NCBI GenBank assembly: GCA_963701375.1
Contig: CAVOZT010000005.1
Location: 393,601 to 457,600 of the forward strand
Direction of reading: 5' to 3'
Length of the DNA: 64,000 nucleotides
Source: an uncultured Acidimicrobiales bacterium
GTDB lineage: Bacteria; Actinomycetota; Acidimicrobiia; Acidimicrobiales; CAVXTF01
The position numbers were made by a program, and so were the translations under genes. A model generated the notes under the pieces. The model was not told where the DNA came from. It ran no database searches and worked only from the letters and a program-made list of their open reading frames with translations. How positions within the stretch are numbered: the first letter of the stretch is position 1; each line of letters starts with the position of its first letter. Below, piece by piece: positions 46,152 through 55,100 of the stretch.

Positions 46152-46844
46152 TCACCTATGACCCTGGCGGAGCTGTTGCGCGAGCGCCGCAAGCCTGACG
46201 TCGACAACGACTGTCCGAGCCGCTTTGTCATGCAGCGATTGGCGCCTCTTGTCCCAAAGAGGCCATAGGAGGTCTACGAAGAAGCCCGAGGCCCCGACCA
46301 AGATGACGCTCCTCAGCGTCGCGCGCCCGACGCTCACCTGACCTCCGCCGGCGTCGTCGCGCACGGCTATGCCGTAGAGCATCATCCCGATCGTCTGACC
46401 GCGCCGCGAGCTGGCGAAGAGGGTCAGGTACCCGACCCACACGAGTGCGGAGACGGCAAGGAAGGACATCACCTGACTGCTCGGAGCCGACTTGTTCGTC
46501 GAGGACAGGACGAGAGGAAAGACCTCGCGGCCGAACTCGCTCAACGCGAACGAGAGCACCAGGAAGTCCACTGCAATAGCAAGTGCCCGCTTGAAAAACG
46601 AAGCGAGAGGCCTGCCGAGAACGTCGAGCGGCGCGGAGCGGACCAGGCGCGCTATGACCGGCTCTTTTTGACTCGGATGCCATTCGGGCTGACTCGGATG
46701 CCATTCGGGCGGGGGAGGCGGCCACAACGGGACAGGCGCGGCGACGGGTGCCGGCGGACGCTCGGCGGCTCCAGGTTCTCCGGGAGCGAGGTTGGACCCG
46801 CCATCGGGGTCGGTGTGGGTCGGTTGATCGTCGAAGTGGGGCAC
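46152..46844 (-). CDS. RDD family membrane protein with Pro-rich N-terminus
   Basis: 230 aa. Contains RALAIAVDFLVLSF...GQTIGMMLYGIAVRDD...LHDKAARTVVVD. The N-terminus contains the duplicated heptad EWHPSQP. Confidence 0.7.
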   Translation of the reverse strand: MPHFDDQPTHTDPDGGSNLAPGEPGAAERPPAPVAAPVPLWPPPPPEWHPSQPEWHPSQKEPVIARLVRSAPLDVLGRPLASFFKRALAIAVDFLVLSFALSEFGREVFPLVLSSTNKSAPSSQVMSFLAVSALVWVGYLTLFASSRRGQTIGMMLYGIAVRDDAGGGQVSVGRATLRSVILVGASGFFVDLLWPLWDKRRQSLHDKAARTVVVDVRLAALAQQLRQGHR

Positions 46845-46996
46845 CGCAGCTCTCTCCCCACCGGGCGAAACCCGGCAGTGGCACGCGGGGCACCAATCTT
46901 CCCACGACGAACGGTCACACGGGAATCGGGCGCCAACGGCACGGGCCCGAAAGGCCCCTAGTGGCGCAAGCCCTGAAACGCCCGAGTGGCACGGAG

Positions 46997-48187
46997 ATGC
47001 AAGGATCTCCCCGCGTGAACTGGGTGGATGTCGCAGTGCTGGCGATCGTGGCGATCTCTGCCGTGAGCGGGCTGAAACGCGGTGCCGCGCTCCAACTCTT
47101 CTCGTACGGCGGTTTCTGGGGTGGCCTTCTTCTCGGTGCCGTGCTGACGCCGGTGATCGCGACGCACATCCACTCGTCGACGGGCAAGGCGGTAGTCGCC
47201 ATCTTGCTCGTCCTCGGTTTCGCGTTCGTTCTCGGCACCGTCGGCAGCGTGGTCGGCCTTCACTCGGGCGCCGCCTTGCGGCGTTTCAAGCTCGGGCCGG
47301 TGGACTCCGGGCTCGGCGTCGGGGTCGCCGTCATCGCGACGCTTCTCGTCGTCTGGCTCGCCGGAAGCCTGATCGGGGCCTCGAGCTTCACGAGTCTTGC
47401 GTCCGCGATGCAGAACTCGCGCATCGTCCGTGCTCTCGACAACGTGCTGCCTCAGCCGCCCTCGATCTTCGCGAAGGTGGAGACCTTTCTCGGGCACGAG
47501 GGGTTCCCGATCGTGTTCAGCGGGCTCCCGCCAGCGATCGCCGGCTTCGTGCCTTTGCCGAACACCTCGGCGGTGAACGAGGCGGCCAACGCCGCGGGAC
47601 CCTCCACCGTCAAGATCGAGGGTCAAGCCTGCGGGCTCACTCAGGAGGGTTCGGGATTCGTCGTCGCGCCGGGACTCGTGGTGACCAACGCGCACGTCTT
47701 GGCGGGAGTCGGGCGTCCGCTCGTGATCGACGGCAAGGGGGTTCACGACGCGTCAGCGGTCGTCTACGACCCGGTGCTCGACATCGCGGTACTCCGCGTT
47801 GCCGGGCTCACCGACCCGTCTGTTCGACTCGATCCCAACATGGTCGGACGGGGTAAGACAGGAGCGGTTCTCGGGTATCCGGGGGGTGGGCGATTCACGT
47901 TCGGACCCGCCGGCGTGATGGCCGCGTTCGAGGCGACGGGCTGGGACATCTACGGCAACGTCGAAGCCACCCGTTCGATCTACGAGATCGACGCGGTCGT
48001 GCGCCCGGGAAACTCCGGCGGGCCGCTCGTCGAACCGAACGGCGAGGTGTTCGGGGTCGTGTTCGCCCGGTCGACGGCGAACGATAGCGTGGGATACGCG
48101 CTTGCGACACCGGCCGTCATCCAGCGGGTGAAGACTGCAGAGTCGAGCAGCGCAACCGTGTCGACCGAGGGCTGCACCTCGGGTTAG
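46997..48187 (+). CDS. marP: MarP-type membrane serine protease (CvpA-like 4-TM domain + S1/trypsin domain)
   Basis: ATG at 46997 (or GTG at 47015) inside ORF 46748..48187. The TM region is WVDVAVLAIVAISAVSGLKRG... The triad contexts are VVTNAHVLAG, DIAVLRV and PGNSGGPLV. Confidence 0.8.
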   Translation: MQGSPRVNWVDVAVLAIVAISAVSGLKRGAALQLFSYGGFWGGLLLGAVLTPVIATHIHSSTGKAVVAILLVLGFAFVLGTVGSVVGLHSGAALRRFKLGPVDSGLGVGVAVIATLLVVWLAGSLIGASSFTSLASAMQNSRIVRALDNVLPQPPSIFAKVETFLGHEGFPIVFSGLPPAIAGFVPLPNTSAVNEAANAAGPSTVKIEGQACGLTQEGSGFVVAPGLVVTNAHVLAGVGRPLVIDGKGVHDASAVVYDPVLDIAVLRVAGLTDPSVRLDPNMVGRGKTGAVLGYPGGGRFTFGPAGVMAAFEATGWDIYGNVEATRSIYEIDAVVRPGNSGGPLVEPNGEVFGVVFARSTANDSVGYALATPAVIQRVKTAESSSATVSTEGCTSG

Positions 48188-48207
48188 GTCCCGGCCGCCG
48201 ATAGGTT

Positions 48208-50153
48208 GTGCCCGTGACTCTGCGCATCGAGGACTACGGGATCATCGGCGACACCCACACCGCCGGCCTCGTCGGTCGAAACGGCTCGATCGACTGGCTG
48301 TGCCTGCCGCGATTCGACTCCGACGCCTGCTTCGCGAACCTCCTCGGATCAGAGGAGAACGGCTACTGGCAGATCGCCCCTTCCGAGCCCGTGCTAACGA
48401 CCACACGCAGGTACCGAGACGACACGCTCGTCCTCGAGACCGAGTTCACGACTGCGGGCGGGACCGTCAGGATCACCGACTGCATGCCGATCCGCGAGAA
48501 CCATCCCGAGGTGATCCGGTTGGTCGAAGGCGTTAAGGGCACAGTCGCGATGCGCATGTGCCTCGCCATCCGGATGGGTTACGGCTGCACAGTTCCGTGG
48601 GTGAGATACCAGGACGGGCTTCTCACGGCGATCGCGGGTCCTGACGCCCTCGCGCTGTGGACCCCGGTCACCACGCGTGGCGAGGATTTCCAGACCCTCG
48701 CGGACTTCACGGTCACCGAGGGCCATGGGATCCCGTTCATCCTCACCTGGTACCCGTCGCACGAACCGGCCCCTCGCCCGACTGACGCACGATTCTCCAT
48801 CGCCGACACGGTCTCGTGGTGGGAGGGTTGGTCCGCGCTCTGCACGATCCAAGGGGAGTACCGACCCGCGGCGCTCCGCTCACTCATCACGTTGAAGGCG
48901 CTCACGTACGAACCGACCGGAGGCATCGTCGCGGCCGCGACGACCTCGCTACCCGAGACTCTCGGAGGAGTGCGGAACTGGGACTACCGATACTGCTGGC
49001 TCCGCGACGCCACGCTGACGCTTGCCGCTTTGATCCGCGGGGGATACCACGAAGAAGCGATGGCGTGGCGTGACTGGCTTCTTCCGCGGTTGCCGGCAAC
49101 ACGTCTGAGCTTCAGATCATGTACGGGCCCGCCGGCGAGCGGAGGCTCGACGAATGGGAGGTCGACTGGCTGGCCGGCTATGAGGGGTCCAAGCCGGTGC
49201 GCATCGGAAACGCCGCGGCGGGCCAGTACCAACTCGACGTCTACGGCGAGGTGATGGCAGCACTCTTCCAGGCCGCACGTGTGGGCGACATGCCGTCGGC
49301 ACCGGCGTGGGATCTGCAGAAGTCGCTCATGAACTTCCTCGAGACCGGCTGGAAGGAACCGGACGACGGCATCTGGGAGGTGCACGGCCCGCGCCGGCAC
49401 TTCACTCACTCCAAGATGATGGCCTGGGTGGCGGTCAACCGTGCCGTGCGTTCGGTCGAAGAGTTCGGGCTCGATGGACCGGTCGACAAGTGGCGCAACA
49501 TACGTGCCGCGATCCACGACGAGGTTCTCGAGAAGGGATACAACTCCAAGGTCGGAGCCTTCACCCAGTACTACGGCTCGGACGCGCTCGACGCAAGCTT
49601 GTTGATGATGCCGCTCTTCGGATTCCTGCCGGCCACCGATCAACGGGTCAGATCGACGATCGAGAAGATAGAGAAGGATCTGACGGAGGACGGATTCGTC
49701 CTTCGCTACCGAGCGGAGGAGGCGAGCCAGGTCGACGGGCTGAGCGGTCGCGAGGGAGCGTTCATCGCCTGCTCGTTCTGGATGGCTGACTGCCTCGGCA
49801 TGATCGGGCGCACCGAAGACGCGCGCACACTCTTCGAGCGGCTGTTGGGTTTGCGCAACGACCTGGGGTTGCTCGCAGAGGAGTACGACGCCGTCGCGCA
49901 ACGACAAGTCGGCAATTTCCCTCAGGCTTTCTCACACGTGTCGCTCGTGAACGCCGCCTGCAACCTGAGCGGTCAAACGCTCGAAGACCTGGTCCCGAGC
50001 CCGGACATCGTCCAGGCTGTGCGACGGTCGATGCGGGGCAACCGGGGCTTGTCACGGAGTCGCCTGTTCATGCCGGCCAAGCGCCAGCGCGAGAAGTACC
50101 CCGACCGCTCGTCTAGGGATCGCACGACGAGCAAAAGGAGGTCCGAAGGATGA
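48208..50153 (+). pseudogene. glycoside hydrolase family 15 (second copy), frameshifted near 49083
   Basis: ORF 48208..49254 (IEDYGIIGDTHTAGLVGRNGSIDWLCLPRFDS...NWDYRYCWLRDATL...WRDWLL) loses homology. ORF 49119..50153 plus its in-frame upstream codons continue AVAGNTSELQIMYGPAGERRLDEWEVDWLAGYEGSKPVRIGNAAAGQYQLDVYGE...FPQAFSHVSLVNAA. Confidence 0.8.
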
Positions 50154-51205
50154 AGGCGCTCCGTGTCACACCTTTGAAGGCGGGGTCTGCGGGGCTGGAA
50201 GACGTTCCCGAGCCTCCCGAATCCGACGGCCCGGTCCTCGTGGAGACGATCGCGATCGGGGTCTGCGGCACGGATCTCGAGATCATCTCGGGCGCCTACG
50301 GTTGGCCGCCGCCGGGCTCGGATCGCCTGGTGCTCGGGCACGAGTCGCTCGGTCGAGTGCTCGAAGCGCCCATCGCCGGTCCTGTGGCGAAAGGCGATCT
50401 CGTCGTGGGCATCGTCCGACGACCCGATCCGGTGCCGTGCATCAACTGCGCTGTGGGCGAATGGGATTTCTGTCGCAACGGGCAGTACACCGAGCGCGGG
50501 ATAAAGGAACACGACGGTTACTGCTCCGAGCGTTACCGCATCACTCCCGACTTCACTGTGAAGGTGGACCCGAAGCTCGGGCTGCTCGGCGTCCTGCTTG
50601 AGCCGACGAGTGTCGTCGCAAAGGCATGGGAACAGGTCGAGCGAATTGGAAGTCGCGCCACCTTCGACCCGAAGAGGGCGGTTGTGACCGGAGCGGGCCC
50701 CATAGGACTTCTTGCCGCTCTCATCGGAGTCCAGCGCGGCCTGGACGTCACGGTCATCGATCAGGTGACGTCGGGGCGGAAGCCCAAACTGGTCGCCGAC
50801 CTCGGTGCCCATTACCACACCGGCACCATCGAGTCGTCGGGCCCACCGCCCGACGTGGTGATCGAGTGCACCGGCGTCGACTCTCTGGTCTTCGACGCAA
50901 TGGACCACCTTGGCCCCGGCGGAGTTGCGTGCCTTACGGGTGTGTCGTCAGGCGGGAGGTCTATCGCGATCGACGCCGGACTACTGAACAGGAACATGGT
51001 CTTGGAGAACGAGGCGATCGTGGGGTCGGTCAACGCCAATCGGCGTCACTACGAGGCGGCAGCAGCCGCGCTCGCCAAGGCCGATCGCTCGTGGCTCGAA
51101 CGCGTGGTCAGCCGGAAGGTCCCCCTCGAACAGTGGTCGCAGGCGTTCGACCGACAACCCGACGACGTGAAGGTCGTCATCCAGATCGGGTCGGCACCGG
51201 ACTGA
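50150..51205 (+). CDS. glucose 1-dehydrogenase (zinc MDR family, archaeal type)
   Basis: 351 aa. Contains IAIGVCGTDLEIISG, LGHESLGRVLE, PDPVPCINCAVGEWDFCRNGQY and VVTGAGPIGLLAA. The ATGA start overlaps the GH15 stop. Confidence 0.75.
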   Translation: MKALRVTPLKAGSAGLEDVPEPPESDGPVLVETIAIGVCGTDLEIISGAYGWPPPGSDRLVLGHESLGRVLEAPIAGPVAKGDLVVGIVRRPDPVPCINCAVGEWDFCRNGQYTERGIKEHDGYCSERYRITPDFTVKVDPKLGLLGVLLEPTSVVAKAWEQVERIGSRATFDPKRAVVTGAGPIGLLAALIGVQRGLDVTVIDQVTSGRKPKLVADLGAHYHTGTIESSGPPPDVVIECTGVDSLVFDAMDHLGPGGVACLTGVSSGGRSIAIDAGLLNRNMVLENEAIVGSVNANRRHYEAAAAALAKADRSWLERVVSRKVPLEQWSQAFDRQPDDVKVVIQIGSAPD

Positions 51206-51207
51206 CG

Positions 51208-52140
51208 ATGCCCACGACTCTCATTGCACCCGGGATAACTCAGATCGACACTCTCCTCGGCGGCTGGGAGCGGATGACGGCGGGGTACCTGGTGGACGGG
51301 GACGCACCGCTTCTGATCGAGACGGGTAGCCAGAGCTCGGTCCCCGTGCTTTTGGAGGCGCTTGCCGAGCTCGGGGTCTCGCCGGGCGAGCTGGCAGGGG
51401 TCGCGGTGACCCATATCCACCTCGACCACGCCGGCGGTGTCGGCGACGTGTCACGCGTGTTTCCCTCCGCGACCGTGTACGTGCACGAGAAAGGTGCGCG
51501 TCACCTGGTTGACCCGACACGGCTCGTGGACTCGGCGAGCAGGGTCTACGGCTCTCTTCTCGACTCGCTCTACGGCAGGCTCGATCCGACTCCCGCCGAA
51601 CGGATCCACGTTCTCGCCGACGGGGAAGAGATCCGCACCGGCAGCGACCACGTCCTCACCACCGTCGATTCCCCCGGGCACGCGAAGCACCATCTGGCGC
51701 TCCACGACTCGGCAAGTGGGATCCTCTTCGCAGGGGACGCCGTCGGAGTCCGGCTCCCCGACGCTGGGGTGCTCCGGCCGGCGACTCCTCCTCCCGACTT
51801 CGACCTCGATCAGGCGGTCAACTCGTTGCACCGATTCGCGCAACGCCATCCGACCGGTCTTGCGCTGGCGCACTACGGGCTCGTGGGCGACGCCGAGCCT
51901 GTCCTGGTCGAAGCAGAGCAGACGCTTCGCGCGTGGGCAGAGGTGGCGGAGCAGGCTTGGAAGTCTGGAAGGGATATCGCGACCGCGTTGGCGGAGTCGT
52001 TCGCAACCGATTATTCGGCGCTCGACTCAGCCGAGCGTTCGAAGCTCGAGACCCTGAACGGCGTGCACTCGAACGCTGCGGGCTTCCGCAGATGGTTGGA
52101 GAAACGCTCGACCGATGGAGCTCAGGAAGTCAGCGTGTAA
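51208..52140 (+). CDS. MBL-fold metallo-hydrolase
   Basis: ATG at 51208 inside ORF 50626..52140. Contains VAVTHIHLDHAGGVGD (HxHxDH), SPGHAKHH and AGDAVG. Confidence 0.8.
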   Translation: MPTTLIAPGITQIDTLLGGWERMTAGYLVDGDAPLLIETGSQSSVPVLLEALAELGVSPGELAGVAVTHIHLDHAGGVGDVSRVFPSATVYVHEKGARHLVDPTRLVDSASRVYGSLLDSLYGRLDPTPAERIHVLADGEEIRTGSDHVLTTVDSPGHAKHHLALHDSASGILFAGDAVGVRLPDAGVLRPATPPPDFDLDQAVNSLHRFAQRHPTGLALAHYGLVGDAEPVLVEAEQTLRAWAEVAEQAWKSGRDIATALAESFATDYSALDSAERSKLETLNGVHSNAAGFRRWLEKRSTDGAQEVSV

Positions 52141-55100
52141 GTGGTCGACGCAGCCACCGTGTGCGAGTGAGGAACCTTCGCGACGACGGTGTGCGCGCCG
52201 GGTGCACCTGCCACGCGGAGCCCGCGAATATGACCGATGCAGCTGAACGTTCCGTCGCTCCCGACCGTCGCAGTGCAGATCTTGAATCTCGGCTTCGTCG
52301 GCACGCCCGTCTTGTAGATGATCTTCACGCTCGTCCCCGGGGTGAAACCTTCTCCTAACACGGTGACCTTGGTGCGGGGTGGACCTGTCGAAGGGGAGAT
52401 CACGAGCTTTATTCCGGTCACCGTGAGGTCGGCGACTCCGAGCACGCCCGAGGACGTGTCAGTGGCGGTGACGACGACGTCACCTGTTGCGACGCCGGTG
52501 GCGACGCCCTGTGAGCCCGCGGCGTTGGAGATCGTGGCGTCGCCGGTGTTCGAGGTAGACCAGGTGACCGAGTCCGTGATGTTCCGGGTGCTCAGGTCCG
52601 AGTAGTGGCCCGTCGCGGTGAACTGCTTCGACCCGTGCAGTGCGACCGAAGCCTGTGTGGGCGAAACCGTTATCGCCAACAGCACGGCAGGCAAGACGGT
52701 CACCACGGCCGTCCCGTTCAGAACAGACGATGTGTCGGTGGCGGTGATCGTGGCGACACCGGTCCCGACGCCCGTCACCTCACCCTGTGAGCCGACGGAG
52801 TTAGAGACGGAAGCAACCGATGTGTCCGACGACGACCAGGTGACTACATCGGTGAGGTCCTTGGTGGTCCCGTCGGAGTAGTGACCCGTCGCGCTGAACG
52901 GCTGCGTCTCGCCGTTGGGTACTGACGCTGCTGTCGGCGAAACGGTGACGGCGACGAGCACGGCGGGGAGCACCGTCACCACGGCCGTCCCGTTCAGAAG
53001 CGAGGAGGGGTCGGTGGCGGTGATGGTCGCCGCTCCGGTACCCGTCCCGGTGACGAGTCCCTTTGACCCCGAGCTGTTGGAGACGGTCGCGACCGACGTA
53101 TCAGACGACGACCAGGTCACCACGTCGGTCAGGTCTTGAGTGGTCCCGTCGGAGTAATGACCGGTTGCCGTGAATTGCTGAGTCTCGCCGTTGGGCACGG
53201 AGGCGGCCAAGGGTGAAACCGTCACCGCGACGAGCACGGCGGGAAGAACCGTGACGACCGCGGTCCCGTTCAGAACAGACGATGGGTCGGTGGCGGTGAT
53301 GGTCGCTGCTCCGGTACCCGTCCCGGTGACGAGTCCCTGCGACCCCGAGTTGTTCGAGACCGTCGCGACCGACGTGTCAGACGACGACCACGTGACGACG
53401 TCTGTCAGGTTCTTCGAGCTCAGGTCGGAGTAGTGCCCGGTGGCGGTGAGCTGTGTGGTCTTGCCATTGGCCACCGAAGCCGTCAAAGGCGAAACGGTGA
53501 CCGCCACGAGCACGGCGGGAAGAACCGTGACGACCGCGGTCCCGTTCAGAACAGACGACGGATCGGTGGCGGTGATGGTCGCTGCTCCGGTACCCGTCCC
53601 TGTGACGAGTCCCTGTGAGCCCGCGCTGTTGGAGACGGTCGCGACCGACGTGTCAGACGACGACCACGTGACGACGCCTGTCAGGTTCTGAGTGCTCAGG
53701 TCGGAGTAATGGCCGGTCGCCGTGAACTGCTGCGTCTCGCCATCGGGTACGGACGCGGCCGTCGGCGACACGGTTATCGCCAATAGAACGGCGGGGAGAA
53801 CGGTCACGACGGCCGTGCCGTTCACCAGTGACGACGGATCGGTAGCGGTTATGGTCGCCCCCCCGGTGCCCGTGCCGGTCACCTCACCCTGGGAGCCTGA
53901 GGTGTTCGAGACCGTGGCGATCGTGGGGTCGGAGGTCGACCAGGTGACGACGTCGGTCAGGTCCTTCGTGGTCGCATCGGAGTAGTGACCGGTGGCGAGG
54001 AACGGGGCTGACTCTCCTACGGGGACCGAGGCTGCCAAAGGAGAGACGGTGATCGCGACCAAGACTGCGGGGAGAACGGTTACGATTGCCGTACCGTTCA
54101 AAAGGGAAGACGGGTCGGTTGCCGTGATCGTTGCGGCCCCCGTCCCGACTCCGGTAACCAATCCTTGCGAGCCGGACGCGTTCGACACGGTCGCTGCGGT
54201 CGTGTCGGACGACGACCAGGTGACGGTATCGGTGAGATCCTTGGTCGTCCCGTCCGAGTAGCGGCCTGTGGCGGTGAGTTGCTCGGATTCTCCGCTCGGC
54301 ACGGATGCCGCAACGGGTGAGACCGTGACTGCGATAAGCACCGCGGGGAGAACCGTCACGAGTGCCGTACCGCTCGAAAGGGATGACGGGTCGGTTGCGG
54401 TGATGGTCGCTGCGCCCGTACCAGTGGCGGTGACCAGTCCTTGCGAGCCGGATGCGTTCGAAACTGTGGCGACCGAGGTGCTCGACGACGACCAGGTCAC
54501 CGTCGAGGTCAGGTCGCTCGTGGTTCCGTCGGAGTAGTGACCTGTCGCCGTGAACTGATGGTTCTCACCATTGGGCACTGATGCAGCCGCGGGCGACACC
54601 GTGACCGCGACGAGAACAGCGGGGAGAACGGTGACCAAGGCAGTTCCACTGAGTAGCGACGACGGGTCGGTGGCGGTGATGGTCGCCGCGCCGGTACCCG
54701 TTGCCGTGACGTGCCCCTGCGAACCCGACGCGTTGGAGACCGTCGCGATGGAAGTGCTCGAGGACGACCACGTCACTGCGGACGTCAGGTCGGACGTCGC
54801 CCCGTCGGAGTAGTGGCCGGTTGCAGCGAACGGAAGAGTGTCGCCGTTCGGTATCGACGTGGCCGGCGGCGAAACCGTGACCGCCACGAGAACAGCGGGG
54901 AGAACGGTGACTAGGGCAGTTCCACTGAGTAGCGACGACGGGTCGGTGGCGGTGATCGTCGCAGCCCCGGTTCCCGTGGCGGTGACCAGTCCCTGCGATC
55001 CCGAAGCGCTGGAGACGGTCGCGACGGAAGTGCTCGACGACGACCACGTGACGGAGTTCGTGAGGTTGAGCGTGCTCAGGTCGGAGTAGTGGCCCGTTGC

